54,774 bases of DNA from a virus (IMGVR_UViG_3300049847_000273:1-54774); one strand, 5' to 3'. Positions 9,103 through 19,576 are shown, counted from the first letter of the stretch. Numbers and translations are program-made. Notes: generated by a model not told the origin, from the letters alone.

Positions 9103-9224
9103 AAAAAAATATTTTTTTTTATTACAAAGTTATAAATAACCGATTACAAACGACTACAAATGTTTAACTACCTACTATTTGGAACATTTCATTTTAGATT
9201 TGTAAAAATTTAAAACACAAAATT

Positions 9225-9932
9225 ATGGGAGATTTAATTAAAATTACAGAAAAAGACGGCAAGCAATTAGTAAGCGCAAGAGAGCTACACAAATTTCTTC
9301 AAGCAGGAAGCAATGTAAATACTTGGTTTAAGAATCAAGTTGAAAGAGCTATGTTAGATGAAGAAATAGACTTTATTCAAATTTATGAAGAAAGTACTGG
9401 AGGCAGACCTTCAGTTGATTATGCTTTATCAATATCATCAGCAAAAGAAATAGCAATGCTTAACGGTGGAGATAAAGGGAAACAAGCTAGGAAGTATTTT
9501 ATTCAAATGGAAAAAATAGCCAAAGACCTTCAAGAAATAAACCCAAAAGTTCCAACCACATTTAGAGAAGCTTTGCTGTTGGCAGCCGAACAACAATTAG
9601 TAATTGAGCAACAAGCTTCACAAATTGAAGTAATGAAACCAAAAGAATTATTTTTTGACCAAGTAACAGGAAGCTCAAACGCTTTTGATATGGTAGATGT
9701 AGCCAAAGTTTGCAATCTTGGTGTTGGTCGAAATACGTTGTTTAAATTTTTACGTGACATACACGTTTTGAGAGAAAACAATACGCCTTATCAGCAATTT
9801 GTAGATTGTGGTTATTTTAGAGTAATAGAATCAACATATAACAAACCAGATGGTAGCGTACACATCTCTTTAAAAACAGTAGTTTACCAAAAAGGAATTG
9901 ATTTCATAATTAAAAAATTTAAAAATAAATAA
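9225..9932 (+). CDS. Phage antirepressor (AntA/AntB N-terminal + KilAC/ANT C-terminal)
   Basis: VSARELHKFL, STGGRPSVDYAL, GKQARKYFI, PTTFREAL, GRNTLFKFLR, PYQQFVD. Confidence 0.9.
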   Translation: MGDLIKITEKDGKQLVSARELHKFLQAGSNVNTWFKNQVERAMLDEEIDFIQIYEESTGGRPSVDYALSISSAKEIAMLNGGDKGKQARKYFIQMEKIAKDLQEINPKVPTTFREALLLAAEQQLVIEQQASQIEVMKPKELFFDQVTGSSNAFDMVDVAKVCNLGVGRNTLFKFLRDIHVLRENNTPYQQFVDCGYFRVIESTYNKPDGSVHISLKTVVYQKGIDFIIKKFKNK

Positions 9933-9951
9933 TCATTTAAAAACATGCACT

Positions 9952-10230
9952 ATGAATAATGAATTAAAAAAAAATATAGGATCAGATGATAAAAAAAAAT
10001 ACTTTGAATCGATACCAAAAAAACACATAACACAAAATAACCACATTTTAAAGGTTTATTGGAACTATGCTGAAGATAAATGGAACTTAATTGAAATGGG
10101 AGCAAAAATAGAATCAGGTCATTATAAATCTTATGTAGTACCTGAACATTTATTATTAAAAAGTAGTAGGTTAGTTAGAATTGCTTGGAAAATACATCTC
10201 ATAATAGAAAAAATAAAATCAAAAATATAA
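9952..10230 (+). CDS. Hypothetical protein (92 aa)
   Basis: Follows antirepressor on +, ends at bidirectional terminator. Confidence 0.55.
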   Translation: MNNELKKNIGSDDKKKYFESIPKKHITQNNHILKVYWNYAEDKWNLIEMGAKIESGHYKSYVVPEHLLLKSSRLVRIAWKIHLIIEKIKSKI

Positions 10231-10232
10231 AC

Positions 10233-10262
10233 AAAAAAGCCAATCTTAACTGATTGGCTTTT
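10233..10262. terminator. Bidirectional terminator between convergent genes
   Basis: aaaagccaatc/gattggctttt stem flanked by A and T runs. Confidence 0.8.
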
Positions 10263-10271
10263 CTTTTTCTA

Positions 10272-11423
10272 TTACAATATCCACCTCTTAGCGACTTCTC
10301 CGGAACCAAAATAGGTTTTACCATTGAAGCCAAATAGGTTTCCAACTACACTACCAAAATCCCCTATTGGCGTTTTTACCCCAGTATTCAAGTGGAATTT
10401 ATTGAAAACTCCATTTACCAAAGTAAATAGTAAATCACCTTGCACCACAGCATTGGATGTTTTTTGGAAACTAGCATTCAAATTAGCAGTAGAAACCAAA
10501 GCCAACGTACCTGCCACGGGATTGTAATTGTACTTCTTAACGATGTAATCATTTACAGAAGCATTCGCATCATTGGTGATGTAGATTGTGCCTTGTTTTG
10601 CATAAACGTAAGGAGAGTTATTCGCTGTTGTGCTAAAAGTAATCCCCGTAACGGCTGTAGAAACGCTCAAATCAGATAGCGCAAATTGTCTAAAGAAATA
10701 GGTGGTAGTCGAAGGAATAAAACAAAAGCACAAAGCATATCCGTTGCTTATAATAATATCATTCAATATTACATTACCATTGCTAACATTTGCTCTGATT
10801 ATCGCTTCCAAATCTACCACGCTTGGCGTATCACTCAATAATTTGCCGTCTGTTTGGTAGTACAATTTATCACTATCATTGAAGGACAAAGGCATTCCCA
10901 TTACCGTAAACAATTGGTCAGATGCTTGGTCTAGTAACGACAAGGAATAAGCTTTTACTCCTGATTGGTCTAGTATCAACAATAACTCATCAGAAGCCTT
11001 GAATCCAGTTGAAGTAAAAGGATAGGTAGTTGACCCACTTCCTTTGAATGTGTAACTAGCACCTGCTACATACAAATCAGCAGCCTTGGCGAAAAAAAAA
11101 TATTTATTTGGCAAAAGTTCTATTGGTAACGGAATACTCCAAACCGACCCTAAACGTGTCAAAATTTGCTCAACGTCATTGAGTTTGTTGGGTAGTTTTT
11201 GAAAGGCTTCTATTATTTGGTATCCGTTGGTTTCCCCATCTTCTAAACCGTTGGCCGTCATTCCTACTTTCTCCAATAACTTGTAGTGATTTACCAAATG
11301 GTCATTGTACACTTCTCTTACTACAGGTGTGCCATCATTGGAAGCTGTTTCATTTATTATGGCTCCGAAAGGATGATTAGCACTAACCTCTCGTACAAAT
11401 GTTTGTTGTTGTAATGTTTTCAT
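10272..11423 (-). CDS. Tail fibre/receptor-binding protein 2 (383 aa)
   Basis: N-terminal baseplate-attachment region homologous to 11434-12537 (NGYQIIEA vs NGYQIIDA); beta-rich C-terminus. Confidence 0.65.
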   Translation of the reverse strand: MKTLQQQTFVREVSANHPFGAIINETASNDGTPVVREVYNDHLVNHYKLLEKVGMTANGLEDGETNGYQIIEAFQKLPNKLNDVEQILTRLGSVWSIPLPIELLPNKYFFFAKAADLYVAGASYTFKGSGSTTYPFTSTGFKASDELLLILDQSGVKAYSLSLLDQASDQLFTVMGMPLSFNDSDKLYYQTDGKLLSDTPSVVDLEAIIRANVSNGNVILNDIIISNGYALCFCFIPSTTTYFFRQFALSDLSVSTAVTGITFSTTANNSPYVYAKQGTIYITNDANASVNDYIVKKYNYNPVAGTLALVSTANLNASFQKTSNAVVQGDLLFTLVNGVFNKFHLNTGVKTPIGDFGSVVGNLFGFNGKTYFGSGEVAKRWIL

Positions 11424-11433
11424 TTTTAATTTT

Positions 11434-12537
11434 TTAAATATACATAATTACAAATCTTATAGCCCATTGAGATGTATCACCAATTATAACGTGGTTTGCA
11501 GAAGCACCATCAGAGGTCCATGCTTGTGCAATAGTAACCTGATCTAATACAAGTACTCGAAATAAATCATAAACCGATTGTTTAAACTGCACCCCAATAC
11601 CTTGTTCTGCTGTTCTACCAGCATCAGCTGGATATGGTGTAGGTGCTGTAACAATATCTCCTACTGAATATCCGCTATTTGAAACTTTACACTCTAAAAA
11701 CACATTTATCCCCTGTAAAATAGAGCCTACAGGAAGTCCTGTATAGGCTGTAAATTGTCGATTAGCAATCCAAGAATCTAATTTTATAATTTTAGTTTTA
11801 ACTACAGATGATATATCATCTATTTTCTTTTTATCTTCCTTTGACAACAAGCCATTTTGTGCATCAGGATCACCTGTTGGCTTTGCTAAATATGTTGGAG
11901 AATCTGCTCCATTAACTCTTTTTACAAAAGCCGTTAGGTTACTCAATGGCGTTGTTGCTTTAGTATCTATTGTCCCTGCATCTTCTTCCGCTTGCGTAGC
12001 CTTTTTCAAGTAATTAAGAAGTCCAACCATATCATCCAAACTAACATGGTCTGCAATCCTAACAAGCTCTATTCCTGAGGCTGTTTTTATCATTCTCACG
12101 TACTCATTGTTTTTGAATGCACCTTGCTTAGTAAATGCCACAGTTAATCCATCTGAGCCGCTTATTTGAGTTTGTGAAGCTACATTGACTGCTGATTTCA
12201 CAACAACGCTCTCGCCTTCCTTCATAAACGAAATCTTTACAGGAACATACAACACTCCTGCCACATCGGTCAAGGGCAAAACATAATCATTCTTGGAGGC
12301 CAAAGCTACTAATGCATCTATGATTTGGTATCCGTTTTGAACATTGTCGGGCAAATCATTTGGCGTGATACCATACAATCTCATTAATCTTGCAATGGTT
12401 TGGTGCAGGTCTCCATTGGTTCTTTCGTTTACGCCTGTTCCGTTTCCTGACCCATCATTGTCTTTAATTCTTCCATCTGGAAAATTTACTAAATCTGAAT
12501 TGTCCACTACGTTTGGACTACTATTTAATGCTCTCAT
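11434..12537 (-). CDS. Tail fibre protein 1 (367 aa)
   Basis: Follows gp48-like gene; DGSGNGT...GITPNDLPDN...YQIIDAL, ATQAEEDAGT and NGLLSKEDKKKID fibre motifs. Confidence 0.75.
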   Translation of the reverse strand: MRALNSSPNVVDNSDLVNFPDGRIKDNDGSGNGTGVNERTNGDLHQTIARLMRLYGITPNDLPDNVQNGYQIIDALVALASKNDYVLPLTDVAGVLYVPVKISFMKEGESVVVKSAVNVASQTQISGSDGLTVAFTKQGAFKNNEYVRMIKTASGIELVRIADHVSLDDMVGLLNYLKKATQAEEDAGTIDTKATTPLSNLTAFVKRVNGADSPTYLAKPTGDPDAQNGLLSKEDKKKIDDISSVVKTKIIKLDSWIANRQFTAYTGLPVGSILQGINVFLECKVSNSGYSVGDIVTAPTPYPADAGRTAEQGIGVQFKQSVYDLFRVLVLDQVTIAQAWTSDGASANHVIIGDTSQWAIRFVIMYI

Positions 12538-12547
12538 ATTGTTTTGT

Positions 12548-13348
12548 TTAGATGTAATTTATAAAGGTGTAAGCAACCAAATGCGCAGGCTTTAATGTCA
12601 AAACCAATTCACGAAATTCTTGTTGTCTAATTAGTGGTACCGATGCAGGCTCTCCCAAAACTTCTCCGCCAATAAAGAATGTAGCCCATTCACCAGCTCC
12701 TACGCTATAAGGTTCATTTGGTGTAGAGAGATTGGCTATAATACCAAACTCACTAGCTCCATATTGCATCCCAATACCATACTGAGAATCACCTCCATAC
12801 ACCACATTGTTTGTCGCATTTCCCGTGATGTCCTCAGGTGTTTTATACACCCACTCTCCCGTGCTTAAGTCAAAGAATTTATTTTCATGCAAAAAAACAT
12901 TAAAGCCTGCTAGTTGTAATTGCGCTTCTATGTAATCAATGTGTTGTCTTGCTTTTACATTACGGCCAAAGCTCATTTTTCTTAGAATTGCTTTCTTTCT
13001 CAACTCTAAACTCAAATTAGGATTGGTAGTGATTCCCAAACGATATTCCCACAACTCACAATCTTTTTCGTCAAAGTAAATGTTGTCAGGAAGATTTGAA
13101 TTTAATGTTGACTTTCCATCCTCAACCACTCGAATGAAACTTTTATTAATTGCTTCGTGTAGGTTGAAAAACACCCCATCCTCAGGTAAGTTAAATGCCC
13201 TACCTGTTGGGTATAATTGCAAAGCCAAATCCGACATTAATGTTTGTAAACTTTGGCTTTTGGAAACAGGTAATCTGTGAGGTGTTTTGAATCCATGAGG
13301 CGTTTTCATCCCATGCATTGTGCTTTTTTCTGTTACTTCATATCCCAT
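12548..13348 (-). CDS. Baseplate wedge protein, Mu gp48/DUF2313-like
   Basis: LALQLYPTGRAF, WEYRLGI, LKPAH motifs; follows baseplate J. Confidence 0.8.
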   Translation of the reverse strand: MGYEVTEKSTMHGMKTPHGFKTPHRLPVSKSQSLQTLMSDLALQLYPTGRAFNLPEDGVFFNLHEAINKSFIRVVEDGKSTLNSNLPDNIYFDEKDCELWEYRLGITTNPNLSLELRKKAILRKMSFGRNVKARQHIDYIEAQLQLAGFNVFLHENKFFDLSTGEWVYKTPEDITGNATNNVVYGGDSQYGIGMQYGASEFGIIANLSTPNEPYSVGAGEWATFFIGGEVLGEPASVPLIRQQEFRELVLTLKPAHLVAYTFINYI

Positions 13349-14541
13349 TATATTACAAAGGTTAGGTTTCTTAAATAAGGTACATTACCCAAATCAAACT
13401 CATAACTAGATACTGAATTCCCATCTACCAAAATAGTCAATTGATTGAAGAAATTTCCATTGGTCAAAGCATCAGTAACCACGCCTTGAACTTTTCCGGA
13501 ATACAAAATATCATTTTTGTTTCTCAATAAATCAGCTCCTGCGATAAATGGTCGAATGTTGTATAACATGTCTTTGATACTGCTTTTAATCACGTCTTGT
13601 ATCGCAGGTGTATTCATGTTTAATCCTTTTATGTTTACATCCACAGGCACTAAGGTAATCGGACTTGTAATCACATTGGCTTGGATAGGTCTTCTTCCTC
13701 TTTCGTTGTCGGGTTTACTTACATCAGGGTCTTGCTCAATCACCACGGATACTTGATTCAAAGTAGCTGTGGTGGGTATCCCGTTCCCGTTTAAGCCGTC
13801 AATACCATTTTCTAAAGTAGCTTCAACATAAACATCCACTATTCCCGGATTTGCATCTCTAACGTAAGGATACACTAATCGAACGCCTTCCGCATCACTA
13901 GCCCATTGTCTGTAATCCGATTTCGCACCTCCTTGTGGTTCCAACTGAATGGCTCTTAGTATTGCTTCTCTGTAGTTTTCTGTGGTTTCCCCCGAAATTG
14001 GCTGTCTAGTTACAGCAGTAATTGTAATGGTTTTATCTAACCCAATAACAGGCTCTGTGATGGTCAATTTATCCCCAACATTCAAATTATAGGTAGCTCC
14101 ACCACCTAAAGACCTAATCTCTATCGCAGCAGTATCCTCTGAATTATCTACGTTGTAATCATAATCCAAAACATACATTTGCCCTGCATTTAAAGCATCC
14201 TCATTTGATTTAAAAGTAAGTTCGGATCTCATAAAAGAACCTTGCACTCCAGTAACAGAAGCATTGAAAACTCCTATACTGTCCGAAAAAGGGGGACGGT
14301 TCAAGTAAATTGCCCCTAGTCTTTCTAGCGTACCACCTTGGTCTGTTGTATTGGCTGTATCAGGAAAAACATTGTCTTGTATATTACTCAAATACAGATA
14401 CAAATACTTTAATTGTGCCGAAATCACCAAACTAAAAGCATTCAATGTTCGTTTCAAATCATCATCAGACAAATTCAGTTTGTTTCTAAAATCATCCGTT
14501 AGTTGTTGCTGTAATTCTACAATACTTGGAATTGGCTTCAT
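13348..14541 (-). CDS. Baseplate J-like protein (Mu gp47)
   Basis: VFPDTA, ETTENYREAIL...PQGGAKSDYRQWA, PGIVDVYV. Confidence 0.9.
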   Translation of the reverse strand: MKPIPSIVELQQQLTDDFRNKLNLSDDDLKRTLNAFSLVISAQLKYLYLYLSNIQDNVFPDTANTTDQGGTLERLGAIYLNRPPFSDSIGVFNASVTGVQGSFMRSELTFKSNEDALNAGQMYVLDYDYNVDNSEDTAAIEIRSLGGGATYNLNVGDKLTITEPVIGLDKTITITAVTRQPISGETTENYREAILRAIQLEPQGGAKSDYRQWASDAEGVRLVYPYVRDANPGIVDVYVEATLENGIDGLNGNGIPTTATLNQVSVVIEQDPDVSKPDNERGRRPIQANVITSPITLVPVDVNIKGLNMNTPAIQDVIKSSIKDMLYNIRPFIAGADLLRNKNDILYSGKVQGVVTDALTNGNFFNQLTILVDGNSVSSYEFDLGNVPYLRNLTFVI

Positions 14542-14542
14542 G

Positions 14543-15022
14543 CTAAATTATTTTATCAATTATTAATGTGTTCTTGGCGTTGTCATACACAAATTCCAAC
14601 ACCTTGTCCTCTTGGTTCGTTTTCGATGTAAATTTAACAGTTATTGCCAAACTATCCACACCCGTAATAGAAACATCAGCAGAATACGTTAGCAATGATG
14701 TCAAGTAACTCAAATCCTCGTTTACAGCTTGAAGTACCGCAAGCCTTCCCGAACTACTTATTGGGTTATTCTTGATGGCTCGCTCAGTCAAAGAATTGAA
14801 TTGTCTTGTTTCTTTATCCTTCCAAACTAAACTATTTCCCCAATAGTCAAATCGTTCTTCGTTCTCAATGTATTTTGGCTTTGTATTGGCTTCAATATTG
14901 CCCCCAAATAAAGCCAAATACACTTGTTGACACAAAGCTTCAACCATCACCAAATCGTTGTTTAAAATGGACAAATCACCGCCATTTCCTGTTTCGTATA
15001 ATAATAAGTCTGTTGTTTGCAT
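14543..15022 (-). CDS. Baseplate protein, Mu gp46-like
   Basis: GGDL...DL...VYLALFGGN...YWGNSL; directly upstream of J. Confidence 0.75.
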   Translation of the reverse strand: MQTTDLLLYETGNGGDLSILNNDLVMVEALCQQVYLALFGGNIEANTKPKYIENEERFDYWGNSLVWKDKETRQFNSLTERAIKNNPISSSGRLAVLQAVNEDLSYLTSLLTYSADVSITGVDSLAITVKFTSKTNQEDKVLEFVYDNAKNTLIIDKII

Positions 15023-15024
15023 AA

Positions 15025-16953
15025 TTATTTACCTCTTTGTCCTTGATTTGGAGTTAAAACTACTTTTGTTCCGTTAGGTTTTTGATATTCCATATCTTTA
15101 ACTACATCAAAAGGGTCGTTTAAATTTATGTTCAAAGTACCATTTGCAAACATTTTAGTGAGATCCTTCATCACCTTATCATTTGAACCTGCTAAATTTT
15201 CTTTTGTCATAGACCCCATTACATCTTTAAATGCAGTGTCAGAATCAGAAACTACTTTTGGAATAATTAACTTACTAGGCATTGAACTTAAAGAACTAGA
15301 TGATTTTAAAGTATTATTCTTTATAAACTCTGATTGATGAGCAGATACAGCCATAGCACCTTGCTCCCCTCTTAATTCAGCTATTGTTTTACCTGTTTTT
15401 TTGACACTTTCTAAGTCCATTTTAAATTTCTTCATATTAGCAACTATCCTTTCATTAGATCTTGCTATTTTTTGCTCCATACTTTCGTATGCCCCTGAAA
15501 CAACTTTAAAATGTGTTACTTTGTCATCTGCGAATCTTTTAGATGTCTCATTGTTTCTATACATCATATACCCAAGATAAGCTACCCCAGCAGCTACAAT
15601 CGCCAAAGGAATAGCCCAAGCCGCTAAAGGAGCCGTTCCTGACAACAACATACTTGTATAAGATTTTCCACTTACAGCAGCGGCTAATTGTGTTAATCTA
15701 TAGGCTTTTAAAGCCTTATTTGCTATTGAAGTAGCAAATGAAAAAGCATCCATCAATAATACTATTGTTTTCCATCCTGCAAAAGCAACTACGCCAATAG
15801 TAATAATATTTATCAATGCCCCCATATTATCAGTAATAAAACCAAGTAGAGACTTAGCTACTTTTAAACTTGCATTTGCTTCATCAGAAGAAACAATAAA
15901 ATTTGTAAAACCTGCTTTTAATCTTTTTATAGCATAGGATAAAGTATCTGTATTTTTAGCAGCTTGTTCTTGAGCTTTATTTGTATTCTGAATTGCTGTT
16001 AAAAAACGTTCTAAATCATCAAAGTTTTGAAATAAAGTTGCTCCAGTTTGTATTCCCGTTTTCTTGAAGAACATACCCATTGCAGCACTATTTCCTTCCA
16101 ATTTTTTAAGTTCTTTCAACCTTGTAACTAAATCCAATGTTTTATCACCAAGAATTTTTGTATTCACTCCTGCTTTCTGTAATGCTTTTGTTTTGTTTTT
16201 ATCAAAAGCCCCCACCATATTAAGGTCAACCATAAGGTTTCTAATACCTCTACCAACACCTTCTATCCCTAATGATTTTGTCAAAGTCTGAACTAAAGCA
16301 ATAGATTCTTCTACTCCAACATTTGCTAGTCTTGCTGTACCTCCAAATTGCTTTAATAAATCTGCTGTTTGAGAAATACTAATACTACCAACTATTTCTC
16401 CAGCAGACAATTTATTAACAACTCTATTAGCATCATTGGCAGCCAAACCATATATGTTCAAAACACCAGTCAAAGAATCAATAGCAGGCTCTAATTCCAT
16501 TCTAGCAGCTTCCGCCATTAAAATACTATTCTTAGTTATTTCTTTTAATGCGTCTGGCTTATCTAAATATTCAGACATTTTTGACCCAACAATTTCAAAT
16601 GATTTAGCAACATCTATCGCACTTCTTTGTGATGTTTTCGCCAAATCTTCTATTTGCTTATTCATTGCTCCTACCTTAGTTCCAGTAACAGCCGACAAGC
16701 TATGTATTGCTGTTTCATAATCCATAACGTCTTTACCAGCATAATAAAAAAGTGAAGCTATACCACCACCTAAAGCTAACTGAGACAAATTATTCATTGA
16801 ACTCCATAAGCTATTCAACCTCCTATCAACACGGTTAAATGCAGAAGCATTAGCCGTAGCAAACCTAGAAGTTTTAGTTGTCATTTTGTCAACAACATCA
16901 CTAAACCTATCCACGGCAGTAAAAATAGTAGGTACTCTCATTGCTTGTGCCAT
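15025..16953 (-). CDS. Tail tape measure protein (TP901 family core)
   Basis: 642 aa helical, FTAVDRFS start, TP901-like core, TM segments; follows chaperone genes. Confidence 0.9.
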   Translation of the reverse strand: MAQAMRVPTIFTAVDRFSDVVDKMTTKTSRFATANASAFNRVDRRLNSLWSSMNNLSQLALGGGIASLFYYAGKDVMDYETAIHSLSAVTGTKVGAMNKQIEDLAKTSQRSAIDVAKSFEIVGSKMSEYLDKPDALKEITKNSILMAEAARMELEPAIDSLTGVLNIYGLAANDANRVVNKLSAGEIVGSISISQTADLLKQFGGTARLANVGVEESIALVQTLTKSLGIEGVGRGIRNLMVDLNMVGAFDKNKTKALQKAGVNTKILGDKTLDLVTRLKELKKLEGNSAAMGMFFKKTGIQTGATLFQNFDDLERFLTAIQNTNKAQEQAAKNTDTLSYAIKRLKAGFTNFIVSSDEANASLKVAKSLLGFITDNMGALINIITIGVVAFAGWKTIVLLMDAFSFATSIANKALKAYRLTQLAAAVSGKSYTSMLLSGTAPLAAWAIPLAIVAAGVAYLGYMMYRNNETSKRFADDKVTHFKVVSGAYESMEQKIARSNERIVANMKKFKMDLESVKKTGKTIAELRGEQGAMAVSAHQSEFIKNNTLKSSSSLSSMPSKLIIPKVVSDSDTAFKDVMGSMTKENLAGSNDKVMKDLTKMFANGTLNINLNDPFDVVKDMEYQKPNGTKVVLTPNQGQRGK

Positions 16954-16970
16954 ATCTTTTTTTGTTTTAG

Positions 16971-17010
16971 AAAAAAACCCATTAATAGCTATTACTACTA
17001 CTAATGGGTC
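16971..17010 (-). terminator. Intrinsic terminator inside the tail operon, before the tape measure gene
   Basis: acccatta/taatgggt stem with A7 on +. Confidence 0.65.
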
Positions 17011-17016
17011 TAATGG

Positions 17017-17184
17017 TTATTTTTTGTTTTGTTTATTAATACGAACTAGCTCGTCATACCAATATAAAAGCCCTTCAAAGTCCAAATCATCACAGTACAT
17101 ATTTCGTATTGTTTTTGGACTCCAATGATGATAGTCCACTAAGCTTTTAATTATGTTATTTAAGCTATCCGCATCACAACTACG
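17017..17184 (-). CDS. Tail assembly chaperone frameshift extension (gpT/GpE'-like)
   Basis: Frame RSCDADSLNNIIKSLVDYHHWSPKTIRNMYCDDLDFEGLLYWYDELVRINKQNKK* with no 5' ATG; HWSP motif; entered from the T6 run at 17185-17190. Confidence 0.75.
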   Translation of the reverse strand, partial: RSCDADSLNNIIKSLVDYHHWSPKTIRNMYCDDLDFEGLLYWYDELVRINKQNKK

Positions 17185-17599
17185 AAAAAACAGAAGCGAC
17201 TGAACTTACAACATCGTAATCGTAACGGCTCATTAAATCCAAGTAGGCTATCGGTTGTCCGATAATATGAGCCACCATTCTTAATTGTAAATTCATCGGG
17301 TCCACTCTAACATCAATACCCTTTGCAATGTTTGCCAAATTGGTTGGCTTGATTCTCGTTACAAAGTTTAATTCGGATAAAGTAACATCCCCTGATTCAT
17401 TCTTAATTGGGTTTTTCAATGTGTATTTTGGCACTTGATTCTCATCAAAAACTAAATACCCATCTACAATTGCATCCAAAATATCAGAATATAATCCTTC
17501 TAATTCGTCTTTCTGAGCTGGTTTCTTTACCCATTGATTGATAAATACTTCCAAATCATTTAATGCAACTTCCTTACTTACTACACTTGCTTTTTTCAT
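17180..17599 (-). CDS. Tail assembly chaperone (gpG-like)
   Basis: Between tube and tape measure; YTLKNPIK pattern; ends GTTTTTTCGTAG. Confidence 0.8.
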   Translation of the reverse strand: MKKASVVSKEVALNDLEVFINQWVKKPAQKDELEGLYSDILDAIVDGYLVFDENQVPKYTLKNPIKNESGDVTLSELNFVTRIKPTNLANIAKGIDVRVDPMNLQLRMVAHIIGQPIAYLDLMSRYDYDVVSSVASVFS

Positions 17600-17617
17600 T
17601 TTAGTTAATTCTAGTTA

Positions 17618-18028
17618 TTAAGTTATTTTATCTAATTCTCGGTTCCCCGCTAATTTTAAGGTCAATGTACCTGCGTTGGTGTCTAACTGAATATCACCAA
17701 TTGGTCTCCCAACTCCTTTGTAGGTTACCCCTGCAATGTTGCTGATTGTCCAAGTTCCCATAGAAGGACTTGCTGCCAATTTATTCAATGATGAAAATTC
17801 AGCATCTGAAATCATATCAACTGCAATAGGACCTTCAATACTCCAACGAACTCTATTCAATTGCGACATCATTTGACCGTCTGAGGTTACTTGATTTGCA
17901 TCATCATTTCCTCGAATACCGCCTCTGTCTATTGTGAAGCTCTCGTTGGCTTTAGGATAGAATCTGTATGTACCTGATACGTGGCTACAAACAATTTCCG
18001 TTACGTCTCCAAAAACAAAATTTGCCAT
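17618..18028 (-). CDS. Tail tube protein
   Basis: 136 aa beta-rich, directly after sheath. Confidence 0.8.
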   Translation of the reverse strand: MANFVFGDVTEIVCSHVSGTYRFYPKANESFTIDRGGIRGNDDANQVTSDGQMMSQLNRVRWSIEGPIAVDMISDAEFSSLNKLAASPSMGTWTISNIAGVTYKGVGRPIGDIQLDTNAGTLTLKLAGNRELDKIT

Positions 18029-18046
18029 ATTTTTTTACTTTAAAAA

Positions 18047-19564
18047 TTAAAATCCTGCGCTTGCAGTTGTACTTTCTATTCTTGCAATTCCGGTACGTTT
18101 GTACTTAAATGCGGTTTCAAATCTGTTTGGATTAGTAGTAGAAATTGAAACGACCAAACTTGATTTAGAGAAACTCGGATCATTGATTAATGCTTTTTGA
18201 GCTACATCATCAAACAAATCAAAAACAATGGATTTCCACTCTTTTGGTTTGATACAACCATCAACATCTATTGATTGCTCATCTCTTACCAACGTCTTGT
18301 CTTTCAAGAATCTAGATTCCAATGTTCTGTAACCATCTGACATATTGAAATCAATGTTCAAGTTTCTAGGATAAGCATACTGTAATGGCAACTCTCCCGC
18401 TGGATGATAAGTAGTAACCAAATCTTGAACTTGATACGCTCCGTTTACCAACATTACTGTTGAGCATCCTTTTTTTACCAAGAAATCACGGTTTACATAA
18501 TCTTTCAAATCTCCAATATCTCCATTTGAAGGAATTGGCATATCAGGATAGTACAAACTATTCACATCCAAGTTTGGATTGTTTTGAAAAGTTGGTGCTA
18601 CCAAAGCCACAACGTTTGCAGCAGCTTCATAGGTAAATCCTTTTGAGTTTGGCGCAAGGCAAAGAGCGTTTGTTACTTGATTGATTCTTGAAGCATTGTC
18701 AGTAATGGTCGATAGAACTGTTTTATCGCCTGAGACGTTTCCTGTGTAAGCCACAAACGGCTTGAAGATTAGTCCTGAGTAACGTCCTGTTGGATTTAAT
18801 TCAGAAGGCACTCCGTTGAATACCTCCAAGTCAGGTAATTTATCTGAATAAGGATTAATAACCTCTGTGTACCAATCATCTCCAAACTGAGCTAATGTAG
18901 GTGCTAAATCAACTGCTCCTGTACCCTGTGTTTGCGCTGTTTGAGAATAAGAAACTCCTGCTGCGTTTAACCCAAAATCTACAGATACATTAATCTCAGC
19001 ACTTGTAGCTCCTTTCCATTTTGAAGTCATAGTCACAACACCTAATGCTGATGTAGCTGTTACTGGCGCGCCTAATACTCCATTGATTGCATCTTTCATC
19101 TTGGTAGCAATCATTGTTGGTGTATCGCCTGATGCAACTGAGAAGGAATAGGTTTGGAAATCTACTGAAGAACGTCCATTGATGATTACGGTGTGAGTCG
19201 CATTTGCTGTTGCTGTTCCTACTACTGTCCAATCTCTTGTTGAAACTGTAGCTCCACCGTTTGTAATTTGTGGAAAAACAATTGTTGGAATTCCACCAAC
19301 TCCATCACCCGTTTTAGGTCTAAGGATTCTCATTATTGAGTGAATTGGTGAGCCATAACCGTAAAGGTCTCCAGCTTCTGTTGCGCTTGTAACCTCTCTT
19401 TTTGTTACCGCAAGCCCTGCCTGATTAGCAGTATTGGCTTCTCCAAACACCGCAATGATATGTGGCAAGTTTTGGGTGTCGTTATTGGAAAAATACTTTT
19501 TAATTGCATATCCACTAACTCTTGAAATCCTATCAAGACCAACTGCCGTTGAAATTGTAGCCAT
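18047..19564 (-). CDS. Contractile tail sheath protein (Mu gpL-like)
   Basis: 505 aa; EAGDLYGYGSPIH, RDFLVKKGCST, VQDLVTTY, TTNPNRFE. Confidence 0.9.
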   Translation of the reverse strand: MATISTAVGLDRISRVSGYAIKKYFSNNDTQNLPHIIAVFGEANTANQAGLAVTKREVTSATEAGDLYGYGSPIHSIMRILRPKTGDGVGGIPTIVFPQITNGGATVSTRDWTVVGTATANATHTVIINGRSSVDFQTYSFSVASGDTPTMIATKMKDAINGVLGAPVTATSALGVVTMTSKWKGATSAEINVSVDFGLNAAGVSYSQTAQTQGTGAVDLAPTLAQFGDDWYTEVINPYSDKLPDLEVFNGVPSELNPTGRYSGLIFKPFVAYTGNVSGDKTVLSTITDNASRINQVTNALCLAPNSKGFTYEAAANVVALVAPTFQNNPNLDVNSLYYPDMPIPSNGDIGDLKDYVNRDFLVKKGCSTVMLVNGAYQVQDLVTTYHPAGELPLQYAYPRNLNIDFNMSDGYRTLESRFLKDKTLVRDEQSIDVDGCIKPKEWKSIVFDLFDDVAQKALINDPSFSKSSLVVSISTTNPNRFETAFKYKRTGIARIESTTASAGF

Positions 19565-19576
19565 GTGTTTTATTTT

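Noticed and set aside
10272-12537. Diversity-generating retroelement or invertible fibre switch
   Set aside because: No reverse transcriptase, invertase, template/variable repeat pair or inverted fibre segment seen; the two fibres share only N-terminal protein similarity
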